From Candidatus Devosia phytovorans (lineage in GTDB: Bacteria; Pseudomonadota; Alphaproteobacteria; Rhizobiales; Devosiaceae), in the NCBI GenBank assembly GCA_029202405.1, contig CP119312.1, positions 4,070,569 to 4,134,568 of the forward strand: 64,000 bases of DNA, in the 5' to 3' direction. Under the pieces are notes generated by a model. That model saw only the letters and a list, made by a program, of their open reading frames with translations, was not told the DNA's origin and ran no database searches. Positions 20,341 to 29,225 of this stretch are shown here, piece by piece (position 1 is the stretch's first letter; each line of letters begins with the position of its first letter). The position numbers and the translations under genes were made by a program.

Positions 20341-21620
20341 TCCGGCGTTCGCTAACCCTCTTTGCCGGCCTGTTCGTGCTGATCCTTGTGATCGGCTGGG
20401 CCATGGGCCTGCCCTTTACCTCTTCGCGCCTGGTCGAGGCGGCAGCCTATTCGCTGATCGCGCTGGGGCTCAATATCCAGTGGGGCTATGGCGGGCTGTT
20501 CAACTTCGGCATCATGGGCTTCCTGATGCTGGGCGGCTTTGCCGTTACCTTCATCTCCTATCCGGTCAATCCGCAGTTCTGGGGCTCCGATGGCCCCTGG
20601 ATGCTGGGCCGGGCGCTGATCGCCTTCGCGGCCGGTGCGCTTCTCGTTTATGGGGCGCGGCAGAGTGACAGGGTCGGCATTCGCGGTGGCTGGAAGACTT
20701 TCGTCACCGTGCTGGCCTGGTTTGTCGCCTATTGCGTCTATCGCAGCCAGATCGACCCGGCGGCGGCCTATATCGAGGCCAATGCCGGCTTTGTCGGTGG
20801 CCTGGGTGGCCATCCGGTGCTGGGCTGGCTTTTTGGCGGCGTTCTGGCGGCGGCAGTGGCCTTTGTAGTCGGCAAGATCGCGCTTGGCCTGCGCACCGAC
20901 TATCTCGCCATCGCGACGATCGGCATTTCGGAAATCATCCGTGCGCTGATCAAGAACATGGACTGGTTGACTCGCGGCACGCTGACCGTCTCTCCCATTC
21001 CGTGGCCGACCAACCTGCCGCAGGCCTATCAGGCCAGCGGATCCAGCCAGTTCGAATCGCTCATCCTCGCGCGCGGCGGCTTCCTGCTGCTGGCGATTGC
21101 CGTGCTGGCGGTGGCGCTGTTCCTGATTTCGCGTGCCTATGCCGGTCCGTGGGGCCGCATGATGAGGGCGATCCGCGACAATCACATTGCTTCGGCTTCG
21201 ATGGGCAAGAATGTGACTGCCCGCCAGCTCGAAATCTTTGTCTTCGGCTCGGTGCTGATGGGCATTGGCGGCGCCATGCTGGTCAGCTTCACGCAGATCT
21301 TTGATCCATCGAGCTATCAGCCGATCAACCACACCTTCCTGATCTGGGTGATGATCATCGTTGGCGGCGCCGGCAATAATTGGGGTGCCGTGTTCGGCGC
21401 CGTGCTGATCTGGCTGGTCTGGGTCGTCTCCGAACCGCTGGCAAAGGTTATCTTCGATTTCGTCAGCTACTGGTCGAGCAATGTGGGCTGGGGCGCCATC
21501 CCCGAGATAGAATCCCGCTCGGCGCAGATGCGTGTCTTCGTGCTGGGGCTGGTCATCACCATCGCCCTGCGCTGGGCGCCAAAGGGCCTGATCCCGGAAG
21601 CGGTCAGGCGCGAGGGCTAG
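20337..21620 (+). CDS. Liv-type ABC permease (LivM-like)
   Basis: ATGA overlap with previous gene; GLNIQWGYGGLFNFG, LRTDYLAIAT, GGAGNNWG. Confidence 0.92.
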   Translation: MIRRSLTLFAGLFVLILVIGWAMGLPFTSSRLVEAAAYSLIALGLNIQWGYGGLFNFGIMGFLMLGGFAVTFISYPVNPQFWGSDGPWMLGRALIAFAAGALLVYGARQSDRVGIRGGWKTFVTVLAWFVAYCVYRSQIDPAAAYIEANAGFVGGLGGHPVLGWLFGGVLAAAVAFVVGKIALGLRTDYLAIATIGISEIIRALIKNMDWLTRGTLTVSPIPWPTNLPQAYQASGSSQFESLILARGGFLLLAIAVLAVALFLISRAYAGPWGRMMRAIRDNHIASASMGKNVTARQLEIFVFGSVLMGIGGAMLVSFTQIFDPSSYQPINHTFLIWVMIIVGGAGNNWGAVFGAVLIWLVWVVSEPLAKVIFDFVSYWSSNVGWGAIPEIESRSAQMRVFVLGLVITIALRWAPKGLIPEAVRREG

Positions 21621-21641
21621 GCCTGGGTGCTGCAAGCTTTG

Positions 21642-21677
21642 AAAGGGCCTGTCTTGCGACGGGCCCTTTGCTTTTTC
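21642..21677. terminator. terminator between convergent genes, probably bidirectional
   Basis: AAAGGGCCTGTC-TTGC-GACGGGCCCTTT then T-rich tract. Confidence 0.75.
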
Positions 21678-22239
21678 AGTAGTGCCTAGCCTCATAGGTC
21701 AGCGCCAGGGCGCCCGAGCCAAAGGTCCGCTGGCTGGTCAACTTGAGGTCGATATAGGCTGGCAGGCCGGCGAAAAGCGTCGGGCCGTGGCCGGCGATGC
21801 GCGGATTGACCACGAAGACATAGTCGTCGATCAGGCCTAACGCGGCGATCTGGCCGGCGAGGTCGACACCGCCCAAAGAAATCACCCCGTCTTCCTCGCG
21901 TTTCAACCGCTCGACTGCAGCCTCGAGGTCTCCCTCCAGCAGTTCGGAATTCCAGTCGAGTTGGGTCAGCGTGGTGGAGGCTACGACTTTGCGCGCCTTG
22001 TGAATGGAATGGGCAAAGGGTGCCACCCAGTCGGCCATGCCATCGGGCACCAGACCGCTTTCGCCTATTGGGCGCCACGCGTCTTCCATCATCTGATAGG
22101 TGACGCGGCCATAGAGCAGGACGCTGGCCCTTCCCACGACATCGGCCCAGAACTGGTGCATATCCGGGTCGGGCATGCCGGCCCTGTGGTCACAGCAGCC
22201 GTCCAGCGTGACGTTGATCGCATATTGCAGTCTGGCCAA
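21676..22239 (-). CDS. dihydrofolate reductase / RibD C-terminal family protein
   Basis: TTG start after GGGAGG; INVTLDG, LLYGRVTY, K.V.STT, GGVDLA, IDDY..VNP..AGHG. Confidence 0.88.
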   Translation of the reverse strand: MARLQYAINVTLDGCCDHRAGMPDPDMHQFWADVVGRASVLLYGRVTYQMMEDAWRPIGESGLVPDGMADWVAPFAHSIHKARKVVASTTLTQLDWNSELLEGDLEAAVERLKREEDGVISLGGVDLAGQIAALGLIDDYVFVVNPRIAGHGPTLFAGLPAYIDLKLTSQRTFGSGALALTYEARHY

Positions 22240-22295
22240 GATGTCCTCCCACCAAGGCGGGCATGCTAGCAAACCGCTTCAATATTGCAAGCGGT

Positions 22296-22712
22296 CTAGC
22301 CAGGCATGCTAATCGTGCCGTCCCCGGCGATGGGGAAGTCGGGGTTCCAGGCGATCTCCCAGGAGAAGCCATCCGGGTCGGCCAGATAGGCTACGCGCCC
22401 GCCCCAGGGCATTGTGCGGGTCGGCGCGGTAATCGTGGCACCCAGCAAAACCAGCTTGTCGACGATGACATCCACATCGTCTTCCGCGCGCACATTATGC
22501 GACAGCGAGAAGGCGCCCGGTCCCTTGATGTCGGGCGTACCGGCGTCCTTGGCGAGGTCAGGATAGAGCGACAGGATCAAACCGCCGAGCTGGAAGAAGG
22601 CAACGCCTTCCGCTTCCTTCATCGAACGTTGCCAGCCTAGTGCCTCATAGAAGGCAATGCTGCGGGCGAGGTCTGTGACACCAAGGGTCACGAGGCTGAT
22701 GCGGGGTTCCAT
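22296..22712 (-). CDS. VOC/glyoxalase family protein
   Basis: MEPRISLVTLGV.DLARS..FY..LGW; WGGRVAYLADPDGFSWE. Confidence 0.9.
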   Translation of the reverse strand: MEPRISLVTLGVTDLARSIAFYEALGWQRSMKEAEGVAFFQLGGLILSLYPDLAKDAGTPDIKGPGAFSLSHNVRAEDDVDVIVDKLVLLGATITAPTRTMPWGGRVAYLADPDGFSWEIAWNPDFPIAGDGTISMPG

Positions 22713-22734
22713 GGCTTTCTCCTTCACAGGGGCA

Positions 22735-22765
22735 ACGAAAAAGGCCCGGGATCGCTCCCGGGCCT
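22735..22765 (-). terminator. intrinsic terminator after the ABC substrate-binding gene
   Basis: AGGCCCGGG/CCCGGGCCT stem with a T-run on the minus strand. Confidence 0.75.
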
Positions 22766-22791
22766 CGTCATTCTCAACGCTTTGCCGAGCC

Positions 22792-23994
22792 TTACTGGAT
22801 CTGGCCCTTTTCGACGAACTTGCCGCCTTCGACGGCGAGTTCCACGATGATGCCGTCAACGTCGCCAGCTTCGTCGAAGTCCAGCGAACCGCCAGCGCCT
22901 TCATAGTCGATATCGGTGCCGGCCTTGATCAGCTCGACAGCCTTGGTCCATTCGCCGGGCAGGATCTTCTCGCCGGGGGCGGAAGACACTTCGCGCAGGG
23001 CGGCCGAGAGACCTTCGCGGTCAGCAGAACCGTTCTTCTCGATGGCGAGAGCCAGCAGGAAGGCGGCGTCGTAGGACTGGGGGGCGTAGGTGGCGTTGGC
23101 GGTGAAGCCTTCGCCGGTGAAGGCATTGTAGATGTCCACGGCGTCACCGGTCGGTGCGCCGGCGCGGGTGGCGATCAGGCCTTCGACGGCCGAAGCGTCG
23201 ATGCCCGAGAGCAGGTCGTCGCCGACCATGCCGTCACCGCCGACATAGGTGGTGAAGTTGCCGGATTCGACGGCCTGGCGCAGGATGGTGTTGCCCGAAG
23301 CATTGGCATAGGCCAGCACAACGAGGTTCTGCGAAGCAACCAGGTTGCCCAGCTCGGCGCGATAGTCGGCCTTGCCTTCTTCGTGGGCGACATTGGCAGC
23401 AATGGTGCCACCGCCAGCGGTGTAGGCGGCTGCCAGCGCGTCGGCAAAACCCTTGCCGTAGTCATTGTTGACATAGGTGATGGCGATGTCCTGGATGCCC
23501 TTGGCGAGCAGCAGGTCAGCCATCTTCACGCCCTGGAGCGCGTCCGACGGGGTGGTGCGGTAAACAAGGTCATTGTCTTCGAGCGTGGTCAGGGCCGGGG
23601 CCGAAGAGGCCGGCGAGATGAACACGACATTGCCCGAGAGGCCCGAGCCGTTGAAGGCGCCGATGGTTTCACCGGTGCAGAGTGCGCCGACGACGGCAGT
23701 CACATTGTCGGTGTTGATGACGCGGTCGGCAGCGGCAGCAGCAGCGGTCGCATCGCAGGCGCCGTCAGCGGAAACAAGCTTGAGCTCGCCACCCAGGATG
23801 CCGCCCTGTTCATTGATCTGGCTCACGACCAGTTCGGCGCCGGCAAAGATCGGCGGAGTGAGGGATTCGATCGGGCCGGTGAAGCCGCCGATGAAGCCGA
23901 TGGTGGCGCCGGTGTCCTGCGCGATAGCAGGTGCGGCGACGGCGAGCGTCGAGGCAGCGACCGCCAGGGTCAGGGTATTCTTGAGATTGAGCAT
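22792..23994 (-). CDS. Liv-type ABC substrate-binding protein
   Basis: Signal peptide; GFTGPIESL, ISPASSAPALT, YRTTPSDALQG, NNDYGKG. Confidence 0.92.
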   Translation of the reverse strand: MLNLKNTLTLAVAASTLAVAAPAIAQDTGATIGFIGGFTGPIESLTPPIFAGAELVVSQINEQGGILGGELKLVSADGACDATAAAAAADRVINTDNVTAVVGALCTGETIGAFNGSGLSGNVVFISPASSAPALTTLEDNDLVYRTTPSDALQGVKMADLLLAKGIQDIAITYVNNDYGKGFADALAAAYTAGGGTIAANVAHEEGKADYRAELGNLVASQNLVVLAYANASGNTILRQAVESGNFTTYVGGDGMVGDDLLSGIDASAVEGLIATRAGAPTGDAVDIYNAFTGEGFTANATYAPQSYDAAFLLALAIEKNGSADREGLSAALREVSSAPGEKILPGEWTKAVELIKAGTDIDYEGAGGSLDFDEAGDVDGIIVELAVEGGKFVEKGQIQ

Positions 23995-24226
23995 TTACGT
24001 CCCTCTGATGGGTCGCTCCGCCGTGCGGCTCTTGCCCGAGCCCGTCTTAACGTGTGGAGCGACGCGATAAGCGGGCGCAACCCCGCGCCCGGCTGGAGGG
24101 GACTGTTGCACATTTATTTGGGCGGAGTCACCGGGAATTGAGCAAGGAAATCGCGGCCGTGCCGCAGTTGCTTAACGCAAATGGTTTTTGCATAGACTGA
24201 GGCAAATCCCCAGGGGAGAAATCAGC

Positions 24227-25240
24227 ATGGTGGCACGGGTCTCGGGCATGGCATTGCTGCTGGCGAGCCTGCTGTTCGCGGCACCGGCGCTGGGTCAAGT
24301 CACCGTGCTTGACCAGGCGCAGGACGCGGCTGCCCAGGCTGCAGGTGCTCCACCACCGATATGCGGCACGCAGCCGATCATCATTGCCCGCATGGCCTGG
24401 CCCTCGGCGGAGCTTCTGGCCGAGATCCATGCGCGCATCCTGCGGGCCGAATTCAACTGCGAAGTGAGCGTGGCGCCGGGCGATCTGGCGGCGACCGGGT
24501 CTTCCATGGGTTCTACTGGCCAGCCGGCCGTGGCGCCGGAGATGTGGGTGACGCGCATTGCCGATGTGTGGAATGCCGGCATCGATGCGCAGATGATCCG
24601 TCCGGCTGCCGCTACCTTCACTGAAAACCAGTTCGAGGGCTGGTTTGTGCCTGACTATCTCGCGGCAGAGCGACCACAATTGCTGCAGGCCAGCGGACTG
24701 GCGGCAGCTTTGGCGGGCGGGGCGCTGGTGCGCTTTATTTCCTGTCCGGCTGATTGGGCCTGTGCGGTGGTCAATCGCAACCTGATCACGGCGCTGGGCC
24801 TAAGTGATCAAGTGGAACTGGTCGAGCCAGCTAATCGCTTGGAAATGGACCGGATGATCGGCGAGGTGGTAAGCCGGCACGAGCCAGCTCTCTTCTACTA
24901 CTGGCAGCCTAACGCGGTGCTGGCGCAGTTCAATTTCGTGCCGGTCGACCTCGGTGCCTATGACCCGGAAAAGGCCAAGTGCCTGGCGCAGGTTTCCTGT
25001 CCCAACCCGGAGGCCAGCGCCTTCCCGGAGGAGACCGTGGTGATCGCCCTGGCGGACTGGGTGTTCACCGAGGCACCGGCCATTGCCGGCTATTTCCAGC
25101 GCAGCAGCATCGGTCTTGGGGAAATGAACGAGTTGATGGCGCAGCTCAGCGAGCCGGGCGCTACGGTGGAGGCTGTAGCGGAGCGGTTCGTTGCCGAGCG
25201 CGGTGATATCTGGCGCAGTTGGGTCGGCACGGCGCCCTGA
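24227..25240 (+). CDS. orphan betaine/amino-acid ABC substrate-binding protein (ProX/HutX-like)
   Basis: Signal peptide; WPSA, PEMW, CPADWAC, YYWQPN. Confidence 0.8.
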   Translation: MVARVSGMALLLASLLFAAPALGQVTVLDQAQDAAAQAAGAPPPICGTQPIIIARMAWPSAELLAEIHARILRAEFNCEVSVAPGDLAATGSSMGSTGQPAVAPEMWVTRIADVWNAGIDAQMIRPAAATFTENQFEGWFVPDYLAAERPQLLQASGLAAALAGGALVRFISCPADWACAVVNRNLITALGLSDQVELVEPANRLEMDRMIGEVVSRHEPALFYYWQPNAVLAQFNFVPVDLGAYDPEKAKCLAQVSCPNPEASAFPEETVVIALADWVFTEAPAIAGYFQRSSIGLGEMNELMAQLSEPGATVEAVAERFVAERGDIWRSWVGTAP

Positions 25241-25243
25241 AAC

Positions 25244-25272
25244 AAAACGGGCTCCCGAAGGAGCCCGTTTCA
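25244..25272. terminator. bidirectional terminator
   Basis: AAACGGGCTCC-CGAA-GGAGCCCGTTT. Confidence 0.8.
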
Positions 25273-25280
25273 ATCTTTGA

Positions 25281-26300
25281 TTACGAAGCGGCGCGCGCCG
25301 CTTCGAGCCAGGCGTCGACCGTATCGCGATTGGTCTCGATCCAGGCAGCGGCCTGACCTTCGATGTCCGTGTTGCCGGCATTGACCTCGGCATTCTGGGC
25401 ATAGATGTCGGCGATCGGCAGATCGAAGGCTTCGAGCAGCGCGCCTACGGCCGGATTGTCGGCGAGGAAGGTAGTGTTGACCACGGCGTCGATCGAGCTG
25501 GCCGGGAAGCCGAGCATGCAGGGATCGTTGACGCAGCCGACAACGCCTTCGCGGGTCGCCGCGTCGGTCAGGTCGGCCTGGTCGGCCTGCAGGTTGACTT
25601 CGGGCACTTCGATCCAGACGACATCCTCACCCGGGACGAGGTCGTTGACCGTCCAGTTCGGCGTCCAGGTGTAGAACAGGATCGGGCTGCCAGCCTGGTA
25701 GGCGGCAAGGGCATCGGCCATGGCGGCGGGATAGCCGGCCTTGATCAGGTTGATGTCCTCGTTGAGCTCATAGGCGTTCATCTGATGCTCGATGGTCAGC
25801 TCGCAGCCCCAGCCCGGCGGGCAGGCGACCATGTCGGCCTTGCCGTCGCCATCGCGGTCGAAGGCAGCTTTGACGTCGTCGCGCTTGAAGTCGGCGATGG
25901 AGGTGATGTCCATTGCCTCGGCCGTCTTCTTGTCGACGAGATAGCCTTCCATGGCCGCGCCATCGACGACGCCCTCGATGATCTCGGCTGCGCCCTCGAA
26001 TGCGGGCTTGTAGGAATTGTGCAGCGGGAACCAGGCATCGACCCAGAGCGAGACATCGCCCATGGCGACCGACTGATAGAAGGCTGCATTGTCGAGGGTC
26101 AGCGGCTTGGCCACCGAATAGCCGAGTTCAGTGGCCAGCTGGCGGAAGATTTCGGTCTGGAACCAGCCCGTATCCCAGGTTGGCTGGGCTAGGGTGATTT
26201 CCTTGCCTTCACCCGGCATGTCCTGAGCAAGCACAGGCAGCGTGGCGACCGAAGTCAGGGCGATGGCGGTGAGGGTCGACAGGGTCTTGAGACGGAACAT
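25281..26300 (-). CDS. proX: glycine betaine/proline ABC substrate-binding protein
   Basis: DAWFPLH, CPPGWGC, YTWTPNW aromatic-box motifs; operonic with permease and ATPase. Confidence 0.88.
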   Translation of the reverse strand: MFRLKTLSTLTAIALTSVATLPVLAQDMPGEGKEITLAQPTWDTGWFQTEIFRQLATELGYSVAKPLTLDNAAFYQSVAMGDVSLWVDAWFPLHNSYKPAFEGAAEIIEGVVDGAAMEGYLVDKKTAEAMDITSIADFKRDDVKAAFDRDGDGKADMVACPPGWGCELTIEHQMNAYELNEDINLIKAGYPAAMADALAAYQAGSPILFYTWTPNWTVNDLVPGEDVVWIEVPEVNLQADQADLTDAATREGVVGCVNDPCMLGFPASSIDAVVNTTFLADNPAVGALLEAFDLPIADIYAQNAEVNAGNTDIEGQAAAWIETNRDTVDAWLEAARAAS

Positions 26301-26391
26301 TGCTGTCGGGTCTCCTTTATTTGGCTTTTCATGGGTCCGTGCGGGGACGGATAGCGAGCGGAGACGCGAGGTCTCCGGTGGTGCGGCGTGG

Positions 26392-27318
26392 TTACGCCGT
26401 CTTTCCGGCGGCGACGGGCGCTGGTGCGCCCGGCCTGAACCAGGAAATCAGTGTCTGGCGCAGGGAAATGGTCTGAACCTTCCCCTGTTCACCCAGGCCC
26501 TGGGTGATGCGGTCGAGCACGATGGCAAGAATGACGATGCCCACGCCACCGGCGGTGGCACCGCCGACATCGAGGCGGCCCAGACCAGTGTTGACGATGA
26601 GGCCCAATCCGCCGGCCCCGATCAGGGCGGTGATGACCACCATGGAGAGCGCCAGCATCAGGGTCTGGTTGAGGCCGGCCATGATGGTGCGCATGGCCAG
26701 CGGCAACTGAACTTCGGTCAGCAGCTGGAAGGGCGTCGAGCCAAAGGCATGGGCGGCCTCGATCAGGTCACCACGCACATTGCGGATGCCCAGATTGGTC
26801 AGCCGAACGATGGGCGGCAGGGCGAAGATGATGGTGGCAATGATGCCGGGCGCCATGCCGACGCCGAAGAGCATGACGATGGGAACGAGGTAAACGAAGC
26901 TCGGGATGGTCTGCATCACGTCGAGCGTGGGCTGCATGATCTTCCAGGTCAGGTCGCTGCGAGCGGCCAGAATGCCGAGCGGAATGCCGATGATGGCACA
27001 GAACACCACGCCGGTGATGATCATCGAGAGCGTCGTCATGGTTTCCGGCCAGAGGCCGATCATGTCGATGAAGATAAAGCCGAGCAGCGTGAAGATAGCC
27101 ATGCCGCGGCCAGCATATTTGAGCGCCAGCAGCACGAAGGCCAGGGTGATCACCACCATGGGCACAAAGGTGAAAAAGGCATCGAGGCCATTGAGCACCT
27201 GGGTGATCGGCACCTGGATGGCGCGGAACAGCGGGCGGAAAGTAGGCACCAGCCAGCCGCGCACAAACGTGTTGACCAGCTCGGCAAAGGGGATCGTGAA
27301 GAAGTCAGACGGGCTCAC
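26392..27318 (-). CDS. proW: glycine betaine/proline ABC permease
   Basis: LDVMQTIPSFVYL, PPIVRLTNLGIR, EAAHAFG. Confidence 0.92.
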   Translation of the reverse strand: MSPSDFFTIPFAELVNTFVRGWLVPTFRPLFRAIQVPITQVLNGLDAFFTFVPMVVITLAFVLLALKYAGRGMAIFTLLGFIFIDMIGLWPETMTTLSMIITGVVFCAIIGIPLGILAARSDLTWKIMQPTLDVMQTIPSFVYLVPIVMLFGVGMAPGIIATIIFALPPIVRLTNLGIRNVRGDLIEAAHAFGSTPFQLLTEVQLPLAMRTIMAGLNQTLMLALSMVVITALIGAGGLGLIVNTGLGRLDVGGATAGGVGIVILAIVLDRITQGLGEQGKVQTISLRQTLISWFRPGAPAPVAAGKTA

Positions 27319-27356
27319 GCACGCCTCCTTGAATGGATGTTTCGGACAGGCCTGAA

Positions 27357-28601
27357 TCAGCGCGCGGCAGGGGCCGCAGCGGCGGAAGCGGCTGGCGATG
27401 GCGGCGGCACTTCGGGCGTATCGCCGGTCAGCTGGGCAAAGACCGCCTCGGGCTCGACGACGCCGACAAGCTTGTTGTCGGCATCGGTTACCGCAATGGG
27501 CAGGCCGGTGCTGGCCGCGCCATAGAGATCGACCAATTGGGTATCGCGGTCGGTCGTGGGGAAATCGGTGATCAGGACATCGGACAGATGGACGTCGTCG
27601 GCACCGCTGTCGCGATCGGCTGCGGCGGCCTGCTGATAGGTCACGACGCCGGCAATCTCCTCGCCGTCCATGACATAGACCGCATTGAGATTCTGCTCCT
27701 CCATCGTCTTGACCGCATCGCCGGCCGTGTCGCCGTCGAGCTGCATGACATTGGCCTCGCTGGAGACGGTTTCGGCGGTGAAAACGCGACCGCGGTCGAT
27801 GTCGGCAACGAAGGCGGCAACATAGTCATCGGCAGGGTTGGAGACGATATCCTGCGCCGTACCGGTCTGGACGATCTGGCCATCCTTCATGATCGCGATG
27901 CGATCGCCCAGGATCAATGCTTCATTGAGATCGTGCGTGATGAAAATGATGGTCTTTTTCAGTGTCCGCTGCAGGCCCAGCAATTCGTCCTGCATTTCCT
28001 TGCGGATCAGCGGATCGAGGGCGCCAAAGGGTTCGTCCATCAGCAGTATTTCTGGTTCGGTGGCCAGAGCCCGCGCCAGGCCGACGCGCTGCTGCATGCC
28101 GCCCGAAAGTTCGGAGGGCAGGCTGTCAGCCCAGGCCGCAAGCCCGACGCTATCGAGCGAGGTGAGGGCCTTCTTGCGGCGATCAGCCAGCGGCACCCCC
28201 TTCACCTTGAGGCCATAGGCGGCGTTCTCGGCAATGGTGCGATGGGGAAAGAGCGCGAAGTGCTGAAAGACCATGGCGATCTTGTCACGGCGGATGCGCC
28301 GCAGGGCAGCCGGGGTACAGGTGGCCACGTCCTCGCCGTCAACGGTGATGCTGCCCGAGGTGGGCTTGATCAGCCCGTTGAGCATGCGGACCATTGTCGA
28401 TTTGCCGGAACCGGAAAGTCCCATGACGACGAAGATTTGTCCTTCGTCGACATCGAAGTTTGCCGCCTGCACACCCACCGTCTGTCCGGTGTCCCGCAGG
28501 ATGTCTTCCTTGGTCTCGCCTGCCTTGAGGCGCTGCAATGCCGCCTTGGGGGCATTACCGAAAATTTTATAGACGTCCTTGACGCTTAACTTGGGAGCCA
28601 T
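27357..28601 (-). CDS. proV: glycine betaine/proline ABC ATPase with CBS-like C-terminus
   Basis: Start moved to ATG 28601; GLSGSGKS, LSGGMQQR, LMDEPFGALDP. Confidence 0.93.
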   Translation of the reverse strand: MAPKLSVKDVYKIFGNAPKAALQRLKAGETKEDILRDTGQTVGVQAANFDVDEGQIFVVMGLSGSGKSTMVRMLNGLIKPTSGSITVDGEDVATCTPAALRRIRRDKIAMVFQHFALFPHRTIAENAAYGLKVKGVPLADRRKKALTSLDSVGLAAWADSLPSELSGGMQQRVGLARALATEPEILLMDEPFGALDPLIRKEMQDELLGLQRTLKKTIIFITHDLNEALILGDRIAIMKDGQIVQTGTAQDIVSNPADDYVAAFVADIDRGRVFTAETVSSEANVMQLDGDTAGDAVKTMEEQNLNAVYVMDGEEIAGVVTYQQAAAADRDSGADDVHLSDVLITDFPTTDRDTQLVDLYGAASTGLPIAVTDADNKLVGVVEPEAVFAQLTGDTPEVPPPSPAASAAAAPAAR

Positions 28602-28854
28602 GCGGCCTCTTTTGAATGCGGAAGAATAATCAAGTCTATATGACGCAATATTCTTGCTAGTTATGTTCAGCACAAAAGTATCTCAACCGGGCTGCAGGCA
28701 GCAGTCCGGCGAGTTGTGCGAAATGACATTGGTTTGTGCACTAACAATACGAATGCTGGTGCCTTAGTTCAACCACAAAACCGGCTTTTTTCGATTGTGG
28801 GCACGTTAAGGGACCGGCTGCGCGGCGCTCAAACTACCGGAAAATGGGAGATTA

Positions 28855-28875
28855 TTGGTCATATCTACTGACCAA
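28855..28875. promoter_or_regulatory. palindromic operator candidate upstream of proVWX
   Basis: TTGGTCA-tatctac-TGACCAA, perfect 7-7-7 inverted repeat in an AT-rich intergenic region. Confidence 0.55.
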
Positions 28876-28972
28876 ATTTTTTCTAATATTTTTTCGTGAA
28901 GAGGGCGTTTTCGCCTTCTTCATGTCACCATAGGCCTGATCAGAATGCTCCCCGGCGCAGTTGCCGAGGGGA

Positions 28973-28988
28973 TTAATCGGTCCCTAAC
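28973..28988 (+). promoter_or_regulatory. CtrA-like box before GGDEF-EAL gene
   Basis: TTAA-tcggtcc-CTAAC. Confidence 0.5.
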
Positions 28989-29225
28989 CTCAATTCATCG
29001 GCTGGCTGGCTTTGTCGCAAACCTGTCATGGAGCCATGACAGTTAGCAGCGAATAAAGCCACGTCTGTCCAGACCAGTGTACGTCCGTCCGTTTCTTTAC
29101 CCGCGATTCAGACTCCTCCGTAAATATACCTATGCAAATGGCCCGGCCTGCTCCATTTGCTGCAATAGTTGCCTCTAAGAACACTGCGCCTTGATCAGCG
29201 CCACCAGTCCGAGACCGAGCGACCC

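Noticed and set aside
29008-29060. Calling the hairpin a c-di-GMP-I riboswitch
   Set aside because: It lacks the GGCAAAC...GNRA...GGACGCAAAGC arrangement; kept only as an unnamed candidate structure
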